From: Gammaproteobacteria bacterium
Lineage (GTDB): Bacteria > Pseudomonadota > Gammaproteobacteria > Eutrophobiales > Eutrophobiaceae
NCBI GenBank assembly: GCA_965116495.1
Contig: OZ220696.1
Span: 3,808,001 to 3,872,000 of the forward strand
Direction: 5' to 3'
Length of the DNA stretch: 64,000 bases
The notes beneath the pieces were generated by a model. That model ran no database searches and was not told where the DNA came from. It saw only the letters and a list, made by a program, of their open reading frames with translations. Both the position numbers and the translations under genes were made by a program. Of this stretch, positions 21,755 to 31,522 are shown one piece after another (positions within the stretch are counted from its first letter, which is position 1; each line of letters opens with the position of its first letter).

Positions 21755-22753
21755 CTATAAAGGCTCGCAGGGAAAGAACTTGTCCTCCGGTATGTAGGAT
21801 AGCAAGGTGTTTTTACAAAAAGACAACAGGTTGTCACGTATGTTCTCCCGGTAGGTGACCATCCCGTCCCCTGTCTCCTCCAGCGGCGAAGCGAACAGGA
21901 CTTCTTCCGGGTAGAGGCGCGACAGGGTCTGGTAAAATGATTTGGGCAAACGGAAACTCCCCAGGCTGACCGAATGCAGTAATTCCGTATCGATGTGTTT
22001 GAACACTTGCGCAAACAGTTTCCCGTATTGTTCCATTACCCCCTCCTGGTAGATCAACGGGTCGAAACGTAGCCCAATTTGCCAGCCGTGCGCCTGTAAC
22101 CGTTGCAGCGCGTGCAGCCGTTTACTCACCGGGGGTGTTTTGTATTCAATGGCAGCGGCGATTTCAGCCGGTGTAAAACTGTAGGCGATGATACAGTTGG
22201 GCAGAGGCTCCCGGTCCAGCAGGGAACGGACCTGGGTGCTCTTGGTGCGCAATTCCAGCAGGGCCCGGGGATGTGACCTGAATACGGGAAGGAATTCCTT
22301 CACAAAATCCGTTACGGGCTCCAGCGCCAGGCTGTCGCAGTCATAACCGGAAAAGAAATGTATCGAGGCATTGCCCGCCGAGCGGATCTTTTCAATGATG
22401 GCCCGGGTAAAATCCTCATAATTCACGAATATGACGTAGTGTGCCGACTGGTACATACCTTGCAGGAAGCAGTAGCGGCAGTCATAGATACAATTCAGCA
22501 TGTGGGAGAAATAGTAATTCTGCTCTCCCCCGATGGCGTACTCGGGCGGGGAAGGCAGCACGTGATGGGCAAACTTTTCGGCCAGGATCAATGCCGGCCT
22601 GATTTTCTGCAGGCGGAAGTTTTGCGCCCTGCGGTTGAAGATTTCGCCGTAACGCGTGCATTCCGTTACTGTTGCGTCCGGAAATTTTTGCATGATTGCA
22701 CGCGCCCGGGGGTGATCGAGCACGGCTTCCTCGATGTAAATCTGATCTATCAT
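21755..22753 (-). CDS. Spore-photoproduct-lyase-like radical SAM protein
   Basis: NCIYDCRYCFLQG CxxxCxxC motif, ELRTKS, RFDP. Confidence 0.85.
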   Translation of the reverse strand: MIDQIYIEEAVLDHPRARAIMQKFPDATVTECTRYGEIFNRRAQNFRLQKIRPALILAEKFAHHVLPSPPEYAIGGEQNYYFSHMLNCIYDCRYCFLQGMYQSAHYVIFVNYEDFTRAIIEKIRSAGNASIHFFSGYDCDSLALEPVTDFVKEFLPVFRSHPRALLELRTKSTQVRSLLDREPLPNCIIAYSFTPAEIAAAIEYKTPPVSKRLHALQRLQAHGWQIGLRFDPLIYQEGVMEQYGKLFAQVFKHIDTELLHSVSLGSFRLPKSFYQTLSRLYPEEVLFASPLEETGDGMVTYRENIRDNLLSFCKNTLLSYIPEDKFFPCEPL

Positions 22754-22768
22754 TGCTCTTTATTATAG

Positions 22769-22887
22769 GCCACAGAGTACACAGGGCGCATAAAGGAAAA
22801 AGTTGTTTACTGGATACCGGCATGCGCCGGTACGACGGGCCGATGGCATGCACTATCACGCTCTGTGCTCTCCGTGTACTCTGTGGC
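22769..22887. repeat. Inverted repeat built from 9-mer CACAGAG units
   Basis: GCCACAGAGTACACAGGGCGCATAAAG ... CTCTGTGCTCTCCGTGTACTCTGTGGC. Confidence 0.8.
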
Positions 22888-22888
22888 T

Positions 22889-23701
22889 TTAACGGAACTT
22901 GATGGGAGCCTTGTCCAGTTCGTCACGCAGGAATTTGAGGACTTCCCTGGCGGATTTCTGCCCGAACAGGCGGTCGGGCAGTACCGTTTCGCCGGGGTGG
23001 AGTGCCCGCCATTTTCTAAGTGAGGACTGCAACTGGTGTTGCTGGCTGACGGTAAAATGCCTGTGCCGGGTGATTGCGTGGTAGTCCGGGTCCGGGTCGA
23101 TGAGTCGTTGTTGCAGCGCCGTGAGTGAAAGCAGTTGTTGAATGACTTCTTCTATCACAGGCAGGTTTTGCATCATCAACCGGCTGATGAGGGCCGGGTC
23201 AACATTTTCCATGGGTTGCTCGGCATTATCCGAGATAACCTTCACCGCCTGCACCAGTTCCAGGGTTGCAAATCCGGTCACGGCCTGAAAAAAACCAGCG
23301 CATTCCATGTCGAATAATTCCTTTCGGTAATCCTCGCGTGGATGGTCCAGGGTCAGCAGGTCGTGGGCCGGCAGTGCCGTGTCAAAAACGCGGGACGGGA
23401 ACCAGGTTTGTCCGGAACCGGCATCGGTTATCTTTTTTATTATGACAGCCTGGCCCAGCGGCAGGCCGGCATGACCGGCAATGCCCAGGTTAAGCCAGGC
23501 GTGTGACCTGCCGGCCTTGAAATAATCGCGGGTGCGGGTAACCGCAGCCGCAGCCGCGGGTTTGCCGATACCTGAGAGGGTGAGGGTAACCTGCCCGTCA
23601 GGATCCGCGTAAATTGGAACCCTGCCGGCCAGTGGCTGCATGGCAAAATAATCCAGCAACGGCCGGGCCTCAGGTTTGAGGGCACAGGTTATGTGGAGCA
23701 T
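22889..23701 (-). CDS. Nucleoside phosphorylase/MTA-SAH nucleosidase-fold protein
   Basis: ALKPEA, SGIGK, NLGIAG, DMECAG, KVISD. Confidence 0.8.
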   Translation of the reverse strand: MLHITCALKPEARPLLDYFAMQPLAGRVPIYADPDGQVTLTLSGIGKPAAAAAVTRTRDYFKAGRSHAWLNLGIAGHAGLPLGQAVIIKKITDAGSGQTWFPSRVFDTALPAHDLLTLDHPREDYRKELFDMECAGFFQAVTGFATLELVQAVKVISDNAEQPMENVDPALISRLMMQNLPVIEEVIQQLLSLTALQQRLIDPDPDYHAITRHRHFTVSQQHQLQSSLRKWRALHPGETVLPDRLFGQKSAREVLKFLRDELDKAPIKFR

Positions 23702-24525
23702 TGACTTGCGTAGCGGGTCAACAACTGTTCGCATTCAGAGACATATATCCGGTTATTGTGTTTTCTGGCGCCGTTCAAATAGATCCTGATTTTACCGACC
23801 AGTGTGTGTATTGCTGCTTTCCTGTCGGACGTTTCCAGTTCCACCTCATTGAGAATCCTGTCTATCGACCTGATCCGGTAACGGTCCATTCCCCAATACC
23901 GGGTCGAGAGTTGATCACTGTGCCCGCCGTACTTGGTAATCAAGGGTTCATGGATGAACAACACCGGCATCCGGGCGCAGATGCGCAGCCATAAATCGTA
24001 ATCCTCACAGGCCGGCAGCGTTTCATCGAACAGGCCGATCTGGTCGAATACGCGCCGGTGTATCATGACGGATGAAGGGGAGATGACACACAGAGGCAGG
24101 CATTTTTTGAAGATCGATCCGCCGTATTTCCGGTGTTTGTGCTGCTGGTTGATATGGATGCCGTTACGCACCCATGTCTCATCGGTATGAACGATACAGG
24201 TGCCGGGAGATTTCTCAATAGCCTGTACCTGGCGCCTCAACTTGCCGGGAGACCAGGCATCGTCTGAGTCGAGAAACGCCAGCCAATCGCATTTTGCCGC
24301 GTTAATGCCTGCATTCCTGGCAGCGCTCACACCCTTGTTTTTCTGTGAGATTAACTTTGCGCCGGGGTAGTCCCGCTGCACCAGGGACCGGGTCAGGTCG
24401 GTCGAACCGTCGTCGACAACGATAATTTCAAATGGGGCGTAGTCCTGGGAGATGACCGAATTCAGACACCTGGGCAACAGGTGGGCGCGGTTATAAGTTG
24501 GGATGATAACGCTGATGGAGATCAT
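23689..24525 (-). CDS. Family 2 glycosyltransferase
   Basis: ISVIIPTYNR, VDDGSTD, FLDSDD, EDYDLWLR. Confidence 0.93.
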   Translation of the reverse strand: MISISVIIPTYNRAHLLPRCLNSVISQDYAPFEIIVVDDGSTDLTRSLVQRDYPGAKLISQKNKGVSAARNAGINAAKCDWLAFLDSDDAWSPGKLRRQVQAIEKSPGTCIVHTDETWVRNGIHINQQHKHRKYGGSIFKKCLPLCVISPSSVMIHRRVFDQIGLFDETLPACEDYDLWLRICARMPVLFIHEPLITKYGGHSDQLSTRYWGMDRYRIRSIDRILNEVELETSDRKAAIHTLVGKIRIYLNGARKHNNRIYVSECEQLLTRYASQCST

Positions 24526-24577
24526 ATAAGCGCTATTGTATATCAATGTAGAATATGACTGATGTACAATGTGGCAC

Positions 24578-25333
24578 ATGGCGCGGCTCAAGGACAAGGT
24601 GACGGTAATAACCGGGGCGAGTTCCGGGATCGGACGCGCTATCGCACTGGCTTATGCCAGGGAAGGCGCTCGGGTAGTGGTGAATTACAACAGGTCAAAA
24701 GACCGGGCGGAGGACGTAGTCAGTGAAATACAAGGGTTTTCCGGACAGGCAGTCGCCATACAGGCGGATATTGCCGAACCCGATGCCGTCGCCGGGTTGC
24801 TCAATTCAAGCACCAGCGAGTTTGGCCGAATCGATGTCTGGGTGAATAATGCCGGCGCTGATATCCTGACCGGTAGCGGCGCGCAACTGACGGACGGGCA
24901 AAAACTCGAGCGACTGGTTGACGTAGACCTGAAAGGGACAATCCAGTGTTGCTGGGCCGTTGCCGATGTCATGCAGCAACAGGGTAGCGGGGTCATTATC
25001 AATATGTCCTGGGACCAGGCGGTACACGGTTACCAGGGAACCAATCCGCAAATGTTTTCCGCGGTAAAGGCCGGCATCCAGGCGTTCAGTAAATCACTAG
25101 CCAAGACTGTTGCCCCTGCGGTCAGGGTCAACGTATTGGCGCCCGGCTGGATCGCCACGTCTTTTGCCAGGGACATAATGGAACAGGGTTATTACTCGGA
25201 GCGTACGGCTGAAATACCATTAAAACGATTTGGACTGCCTGACGACATTGCCGGGGCGGCAGTGTTCCTGGCCTGCGAAGATTCGGTCTATATGACGGGT
25301 GCGGTGCTCAATATAGGAGGAGGGGTTGTATAA
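24578..25333 (+). CDS. SDR-family oxidoreductase
   Basis: TGASSGIG, NNAG; FSAVK replaces the usual YxxxK. Confidence 0.88.
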   Translation: MARLKDKVTVITGASSGIGRAIALAYAREGARVVVNYNRSKDRAEDVVSEIQGFSGQAVAIQADIAEPDAVAGLLNSSTSEFGRIDVWVNNAGADILTGSGAQLTDGQKLERLVDVDLKGTIQCCWAVADVMQQQGSGVIINMSWDQAVHGYQGTNPQMFSAVKAGIQAFSKSLAKTVAPAVRVNVLAPGWIATSFARDIMEQGYYSERTAEIPLKRFGLPDDIAGAAVFLACEDSVYMTGAVLNIGGGVV

Positions 25334-26099
25334 CGGCCGGTTGCCGCTGCGCGGCTCTGGCAGGACCGCAGTTTGCTGTTTACTGATGTATGTCGCGTTC
25401 CACACCGGTCTGCCTGCACAGGAGGGATATGAAGCGGCGCGCCGGGAGATGGTTGCAGATATCAATGCAACGGTTGTCGAAACCCGGAGTTATACCGGCG
25501 TTGCCGCGCTGGATGAAAAAGTGATGCAGGCCATGGCCACCGTGCCTCGTCACGAATTCGTGCCCCCCTCCCTGCGCCATTTCGCCTACATTAACAACCC
25601 CCTGCCCATCGGTGCGGGCCAGACAATCTCGCAGCCTTATATCGTTGCGTTGATGACCCACCTCATGGGGGTGGATGAAGACAAGGCCGTCCTGGAGATT
25701 GGCACGGGTTCGGGCTACCAGGCGGCAGTCCTCGCCCGCCTGGTTCGCCATGTTTACACCATAGAGATCGTTGAAACGCTGGGCAGGCGGGCGGCGGACA
25801 CCCTGGTGCGTCTGGGTTACGATAACGTGACCGTGAGGATCGGAGACGGATATGCCGGCTGGGAAGAACACGCGCCTTTCGATGCAATCATCGTTACAGC
25901 CGCCCCCGAGGAAGTACCACAACCCCTTATCGACCAGTTAAAATCAGGCGCACGCATGGTGGTCCCGGTCGGCCCGCAACACGGTTATCAATCACTGCAG
26001 GTGCTGGAAAAAAAGGACACCGGCGAGATCGAGGTCACAGACATCCTGCCGGTCGGTTTTGTCCCGTTTGTTAAAGGAAACAGGGAGATAGTCAAGTAG
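25326..26099 (+). CDS. pcm: Protein-L-isoaspartate O-methyltransferase paralog with signal-like N-terminus
   Basis: [35 protein letters not shown]; start uncertain. Confidence 0.9.
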   Translation: MYNGRLPLRGSGRTAVCCLLMYVAFHTGLPAQEGYEAARREMVADINATVVETRSYTGVAALDEKVMQAMATVPRHEFVPPSLRHFAYINNPLPIGAGQTISQPYIVALMTHLMGVDEDKAVLEIGTGSGYQAAVLARLVRHVYTIEIVETLGRRAADTLVRLGYDNVTVRIGDGYAGWEEHAPFDAIIVTAAPEEVPQPLIDQLKSGARMVVPVGPQHGYQSLQVLEKKDTGEIEVTDILPVGFVPFVKGNREIVK

Positions 26100-26126
26100 A
26101 TGATCAACCAGGTCGATGCGAGCTCC

Positions 26127-26194
26127 TACAGGTTTGGATAAGCCTTTGAAGTGCGTCAAGGAAGGCGCACATCAAAGGCTTATCCAAACCTGTA
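26127..26194. repeat. 29-bp inverted repeat between convergent genes (REP-like or bidirectional terminator)
   Basis: TACAGGTTTGGATAAGCCTTTGAAGTGCG / CGCACATCAAAGGCTTATCCAAACCTGTA. Confidence 0.8.
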
Positions 26195-26220
26195 CCTGTC
26201 ATTGAGTATGAATAATTGAA

Positions 26221-28368
26221 TTATCCGTTTTGCCCAAGTAGTTTTTCGGTCAGAGTAACGTAATCCGTTTTCCCCGTACCCAGTACCGGCAACTCTCGTA
26301 TATGTACTACGTCCTTGGGTATATACAGTTCTCCGTAGCCCAGTTCCCGCACCTTTTGCTGGAATGATTTGCGGTTGGCCTGGTCGTAGTCGGTGACCAG
26401 GATGATTTTTTCCCCCTTGCGTTCGTCGGGCAGGGAGATGGCGGCATGGTTGTACTCCGGCCAGGTGGTACCGGCCAGTTCTTCCACCGCGGTGAGTGAG
26501 ATCATCTCGCCGCCGATCTTGGCAAAGCGTTTGGCCCGTCCCAGCAGTTCGATATACCCGTCCGCATCGATGGCCGCGATGTCGCCGGTGTCGTACCAGC
26601 CTTCCCCGCGCTCCGTGTGCGGTGGATGGATGCTGCCGTCCGAACCGTGCAACAGGTAACCGGACATGACGTTCGGTCCTTTCACCACCAGGCGCCCGCC
26701 GCTAGCTATCCCGGCCACGGGCGCCAGGTAGGCCTGCATGCCCGGCATCAGTTTCCCCACGCTGCCGGCTTTATTGCTGATCATGTTATTCACCGAGACC
26801 ACCGGGCTGCATTCCGTCGCGCCGTAGCCTTCCAGGATACGTATGCCGAACTTTTCAAGCCACAGTTTCCGGGTGTCGTCCTGCAGTTTTTCAGCCCCGG
26901 CCAACACGTACTTCAGGGATTTGAAATCATAGGGATGGGCATGGTGGGCATAACCCTTGAGGAAGGTATTGGTGGCAAACAAAATCGTTGCGTCAACCTG
27001 GTACAGCATTTCGGGAATGACCCGGTAATGCAGGGGCGTGGTGTACAGGAATATCCTGCAGCCGGCCAGCAGGGGCAGCACGCAACCGACGTTCAGGCCG
27101 AACGAGTGGAACAGCGGCAGGCAGTTGAAGAAAATGTCACTGGGTTTGAAACCGATGCAGCTGCGCGCCTGGGCAAAGTTGGACAATATATTGCGATGGG
27201 ATAACACCACTCCCTTGGGGACCCCTTCCGAACCTGAAGTAAACAGGATTGTGGCGGGGTCGCCGGGGAGTGCGGTGCTGCGGTGGTGCATCCGGGGGAA
27301 CCGGCTGCGCAGCAGCCCGAGCAGCTTGTCCCTGATACCGATGCGACCGCGCAAATCCTCCAGGTAGACCAGGTTCACGCGTTGTTGCAGTCCCTCCGCC
27401 AGTGATTCGAGCGCGGCGGTCTCGATGAATTGCCTGGAGGTGTAAACCGTCCTGATCGAGGCCGTTTCACAGGCTTTCAGTAACACCTGCAGGCCGGTCG
27501 TGTAATTCAGCATGGCTGGAACGCGCTCCAGGTATTGCAGGGCCATGTAGACCACGACGCCGGCCGCGACGTTCGGCATCAGTACACCGATGCGTTCCCC
27601 GGTTTGCGTGTCCTCGCGCAACACGCTCCCTAGGATAAAAGTGCGCGTGAGTAACTGGCCGTAGGTCAGCGGTTCCCGTTTGATGTCTTCGAGTACCACG
27701 CGTCCTTTTCCAAACTGTCCCGCCGCCTCCAGGATGGCATCGAACACGGTCTTGTCATAGTCATAACAGGCAAAGGACAACCTGTACATCAGGTCCTGCA
27801 TCAGGGCGGCCGCGGTTTTGCGCCGCGCCTGTCCCTGGATTGACGGGTCTACCTCGATCTTCTCCGGCGCCAGTATCTTCAGCCGGATTTTGGGAAATTT
27901 TCTGTGTTCCCCCAGGTATCCTGAAGCAGTATATTGCGGTCCGTCGATGGCGATGGGCAGCACGGTCGCCTTGGCGCGGTCAGCTATCAATCCCGGTCCC
28001 TCATAGATCTTCATCAGGCCGCCGCTGGTGGTGATACGGCCTTCCGGGAAAATGACTGCCCTGCGGTCTTCCTGCAGGAAACGCACCATGGATTTGACCG
28101 ACAGCGGGTTGGTCGGATCCATGGTGTACAGATCGGCGAAATAGAGAAACGGCCTGAACTGCCTGCGCGTGGCAACCTGCGTGTTGATTGCAAACCTGAG
28201 GTTATCCGGCAACCAGGCATACAGCAGAATGCCATCGAGCAGGGATGTATGGTTGGCGACAATCAAAACCCGTTTGCCGGCCTGGTGATAATGCTCCATA
28301 CCGGTTACCTCAACCCGGTACAGTACTCGTAACAGGCAACGCAGGAAAAATTTCAGTAGACCTGTCAT
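26221..28368 (-). CDS. aas: Bifunctional acyltransferase/acyl-ACP synthetase
   Basis: NHTSLLD and FPEG (PlsC), FTSGSEGVPKG, EGYGATE (AMP-binding). Confidence 0.92.
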   Translation of the reverse strand: MTGLLKFFLRCLLRVLYRVEVTGMEHYHQAGKRVLIVANHTSLLDGILLYAWLPDNLRFAINTQVATRRQFRPFLYFADLYTMDPTNPLSVKSMVRFLQEDRRAVIFPEGRITTSGGLMKIYEGPGLIADRAKATVLPIAIDGPQYTASGYLGEHRKFPKIRLKILAPEKIEVDPSIQGQARRKTAAALMQDLMYRLSFACYDYDKTVFDAILEAAGQFGKGRVVLEDIKREPLTYGQLLTRTFILGSVLREDTQTGERIGVLMPNVAAGVVVYMALQYLERVPAMLNYTTGLQVLLKACETASIRTVYTSRQFIETAALESLAEGLQQRVNLVYLEDLRGRIGIRDKLLGLLRSRFPRMHHRSTALPGDPATILFTSGSEGVPKGVVLSHRNILSNFAQARSCIGFKPSDIFFNCLPLFHSFGLNVGCVLPLLAGCRIFLYTTPLHYRVIPEMLYQVDATILFATNTFLKGYAHHAHPYDFKSLKYVLAGAEKLQDDTRKLWLEKFGIRILEGYGATECSPVVSVNNMISNKAGSVGKLMPGMQAYLAPVAGIASGGRLVVKGPNVMSGYLLHGSDGSIHPPHTERGEGWYDTGDIAAIDADGYIELLGRAKRFAKIGGEMISLTAVEELAGTTWPEYNHAAISLPDERKGEKIILVTDYDQANRKSFQQKVRELGYGELYIPKDVVHIRELPVLGTGKTDYVTLTEKLLGQNG

Positions 28369-28430
28369 GCTGTAATTCTACGGATTTTCAGCGGGAATGT
28401 GAACCGAAAGGGCCAGTTCAGGACAGATTA

Positions 28431-28475
28431 AATTTGGGACAACCATAAATTCCAAATTTGTGGTTGTCCCAAATT
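28431..28475. repeat. REP-like doublet
   Basis: AATTTGGGACAACCATAAATT / AATTTGTGGTTGTCCCAAATT; sibling at 32767. Confidence 0.8.
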
Positions 28476-28530
28476 AGAAATGACGAAGAATCTGGGAAAA
28501 TATGAATGGGCAGCGAGGCCCGGTGGATTG

Positions 28531-30162
28531 TCAAATGCCGACTGAGTGGGACCCGGATTGATGGACGGTTATTTTCTGCTTGGGAAAGATGGTATCGTTT
28601 TTGTGCAGGTTGTTCCAGGCCAACAACTCTTTTAATGTTACACTGAATTTTTTGGCTATTTTCGAAAGGTTATCGCCTTTTCTGACAGTGTATTGGATGG
28701 GTTCTTGTGCAGGCCGATCGGTCTTGTTTGCAACTTTCCGGACGCCAGGCGCAGCGACTACACGGAGTTTTTGTCCAGGCTTAAGGCTCCTGGGTCGGGA
28801 AATGCCGTTCCAGGTTTGCAGTTGTTTTACGCTTACACCGAGACGCCGGCCTATATGCGAGAGCGTATCGCCGCGTTTGACAGTGTAAAGGACGGGTTTT
28901 TCTGCCGGCTGTTCAGCCGTGGCCGCAACCTTCTGAACGGCAGACGCTGCGAACACCTTTAGTTTTTGTCCGGGCTTAAGGCTCCTGGGTCGGGAAATGC
29001 CGTTCCATGCTTGCAGTTGTCTCACGCTTACGCCGCGGTAACGCTGAGCGATGTGCGAGAGCGTATCGCCGGATTTGACAATGTAGTAGCATTGTTCACC
29101 GGCATCCGCGGCCGTTAACCGTTGTGCCGGAGTCAGGCCGGCAAGCTTTTCCAGGAATGGTTTTTCGCGGGCAACGGGCAGGAGCAGCTGGTGTGCGTCC
29201 TGTGATTTTGTCGCCCAGTCATCGTAGCCTGGATTCAGGTCGCGCAGTTCATCCCTGGTCATCGCGGCCAGTTTTGCGACAACGGCGAGGTCAATCTGCC
29301 CGCCGGTGTCCACTTGGACAAAATACTGGCGATCCGGTACCGGCTGCCATACGATGCCGTGCTGCGCCGGGTTGGCGACCAGTTCCGCTACGGCCAGCAG
29401 GCTGGGTACATAGCCCCTGGTTTCCCGGTGCAGGCGCAGGGAGAAGAAGTCGGTGTCCTTGCCGGCCCGGCGGTTGCGGCGAATTGCCCGGGCCACGTTC
29501 CTCTCGCCGGTGTTGTAGGCGGCTATAGCCAGCAACCAGTCGCCGAATTCGGCGTTCAGATCTTCCAGGTAATCCAGAGCGGCTTTGGTGGCGGCTACGA
29601 TGTCCCGCCTGCCGTCATACGAGCAGTTCTGTTTCAGGCCGTACCTCTCCCCGGTGCCTTGGATAAACTGCCAGATACCTACCGCGGCCTTGTGCGACCT
29701 GGCACGGGGCTGGAAAGCGCTCTCGACGATGGGCAGCAGGGCAAGTTCCAGCGGCATGTCGCGTTTTTCCACTTCGCCGACGATATGATGCAGGTAGAGA
29801 TTTGCGCGAGCGGCCACCCGGTCGAGATATTTCTGGTTTTTGGCGTACCATGCCAGCCTGCCCTTGACTCCCCGCCGGTCCAGGTGCCGAGGCAGGTTCA
29901 GGTTGGCGCCGATCCGTTTCCAGAGATCGTCACCCGCTGCATCGTCATCCTGCGCAGCAGGCTGGACCGGATCGGCAGGCGTCTTGGCGAGTTCTTCTAC
30001 AGTTTCGTCCGGAAGTTCCGGCTCAGGGGCGATGATTATAGCGCGCCCCTGCGCATCAGCGCCCGGCTGGGTTCCGGCAGTTTTCTGAAGGGGTTGCTGG
30101 CTGCACGCGCTTAGCAAGAAAGCGGCGCCGATAACTATTGCTGGTAGTCCTGAGCAGCGCAT
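28531..30162 (-). CDS. mltD: Lytic murein transglycosylase D with three LysM domains
   Basis: Lipobox LSAC, LPIVESAF, GIWQFI, AAYNTGE, three GD(T/N)LS LysM repeats. Confidence 0.92.
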   Translation of the reverse strand: MRCSGLPAIVIGAAFLLSACSQQPLQKTAGTQPGADAQGRAIIIAPEPELPDETVEELAKTPADPVQPAAQDDDAAGDDLWKRIGANLNLPRHLDRRGVKGRLAWYAKNQKYLDRVAARANLYLHHIVGEVEKRDMPLELALLPIVESAFQPRARSHKAAVGIWQFIQGTGERYGLKQNCSYDGRRDIVAATKAALDYLEDLNAEFGDWLLAIAAYNTGERNVARAIRRNRRAGKDTDFFSLRLHRETRGYVPSLLAVAELVANPAQHGIVWQPVPDRQYFVQVDTGGQIDLAVVAKLAAMTRDELRDLNPGYDDWATKSQDAHQLLLPVAREKPFLEKLAGLTPAQRLTAADAGEQCYYIVKSGDTLSHIAQRYRGVSVRQLQAWNGISRPRSLKPGQKLKVFAASAVQKVAATAEQPAEKPVLYTVKRGDTLSHIGRRLGVSVKQLQTWNGISRPRSLKPGQKLRVVAAPGVRKVANKTDRPAQEPIQYTVRKGDNLSKIAKKFSVTLKELLAWNNLHKNDTIFPKQKITVHQSGSHSVGI

Positions 30163-30276
30163 CGGTGAATGCTATGCATGACGCTGCTCAATGTCAAGTA
30201 TTTTCTCAATATTTTTTTCAGGAAAAATAGCAGATCCTAAGGTAAGATTTTACCTGTGAGGCTGCTCCGTCAGACA

Positions 30277-31050
30277 ATGGGAAACAGATCCGCGGCAACA
30301 TCAACCGATCCTGCCCGCGCCGGGTTCGACCTATGGCTCAAAAGCGAGACAGGCAGCATCCTGGCGCGCTGTGAACGGGACAAAATCGGCAGGATATTAG
30401 CGGGCCTGTTTGGCTACCATATTGCCCAGATCGGTCATTATGACGGTGGATTGCTGGAATCAGCCAGCCGCATCAGGAATAAGATAGAGTTGCACCTGGA
30501 TGATGACGGCGTGAAGGATTGCGGCTGCGGCGTGTTGGCCGGCGCGGCTTCCCTGCCGTTTGCCGCGCACAGCATTGACGTCGTGGTCGTTCCCCATGTC
30601 CTCGAGTTCACCCCGGACCCCGGCGCGGCGCTGAACGAAATTGAACGGGTCCTGATAGAAGACGGCCACCTGATCGTCGCCGGTTTCAATCCGTGGAGCT
30701 TGTGGGGGCTGTGGCGTTTGAACCCGATCCGGCCCGGGCGGCTGCCGTTGAACGGCCGCTTCCATAGTATTGCAAGGCTCAGGCACTGGTTGTCCGTGCT
30801 GAATTTTGAGCTGATTGGGGTAGAACGGTTTTTATTTCCCCTTCCGCCCGCGCGCAAGGGCCTGTTGAGCCGTTTGTTATTTCCTCAAAAACGGGGTAAA
30901 TTCCGGTTGCCGTTTCTTGGCGCGGCATACATCATGGTGGCGCAAAAACGCCGCATCCCTGCTACTCCCATAAAAATGAACAGGCGCAAAAAAATATTTC
31001 TGTCCGGCGCTTCGGCGGGACCGGCTACAATGGCTGACCCTCAACTTTGA
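30277..31050 (+). CDS. SAM-dependent methyltransferase (YafS-like)
   Basis: [28 protein letters not shown]; position before rnhA. Confidence 0.85.
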   Translation: MGNRSAATSTDPARAGFDLWLKSETGSILARCERDKIGRILAGLFGYHIAQIGHYDGGLLESASRIRNKIELHLDDDGVKDCGCGVLAGAASLPFAAHSIDVVVVPHVLEFTPDPGAALNEIERVLIEDGHLIVAGFNPWSLWGLWRLNPIRPGRLPLNGRFHSIARLRHWLSVLNFELIGVERFLFPLPPARKGLLSRLLFPQKRGKFRLPFLGAAYIMVAQKRRIPATPIKMNRRKKIFLSGASAGPATMADPQL

Positions 31051-31060
31051 CCTGTGTTAC

Positions 31061-31522
31061 ATGAGCAAGTTTATTGAAATCTTTACTGATGGCGCCTGCC
31101 GGGGCAATCCCGGGCCAGGTGGCTGGGGAGTACTGTTGCGCTATAACGAATCGGAGAAGGAATTATCCGGTGCGGTGTCCCGGACCACCAATAATCGCAT
31201 GGAATTGACTGCGGCAATAAAAGCCCTGGAAGCGCTGACCGAACCTTGCCGGGTATGCCTGACTACGGATTCAAGTTATGTAAAGACCGGCATAGAGCAG
31301 TGGATTGATGACTGGAAACGGCGTGGCTGGCGCACCGCGGCCAGGCGTTCAGTGAAGAACCAGGATCTGTGGCAGAAGCTGGATGAACTGGCGCAACGCC
31401 ACGAGATTGAATGGCGCTGGGTGCGGGGCCACAGCGGCCATGCGGAAAATGACCGGGTCGATGCGCTGGCAAACCTGGCCCTGGACGAGATGATGAAAAA
31501 CCGGCCGGACGGTACAGAATAA
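31061..31522 (+). CDS. rnhA: Ribonuclease HI
   Basis: [30 protein letters not shown]. Confidence 0.98.
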   Translation: MSKFIEIFTDGACRGNPGPGGWGVLLRYNESEKELSGAVSRTTNNRMELTAAIKALEALTEPCRVCLTTDSSYVKTGIEQWIDDWKRRGWRTAARRSVKNQDLWQKLDELAQRHEIEWRWVRGHSGHAENDRVDALANLALDEMMKNRPDGTE

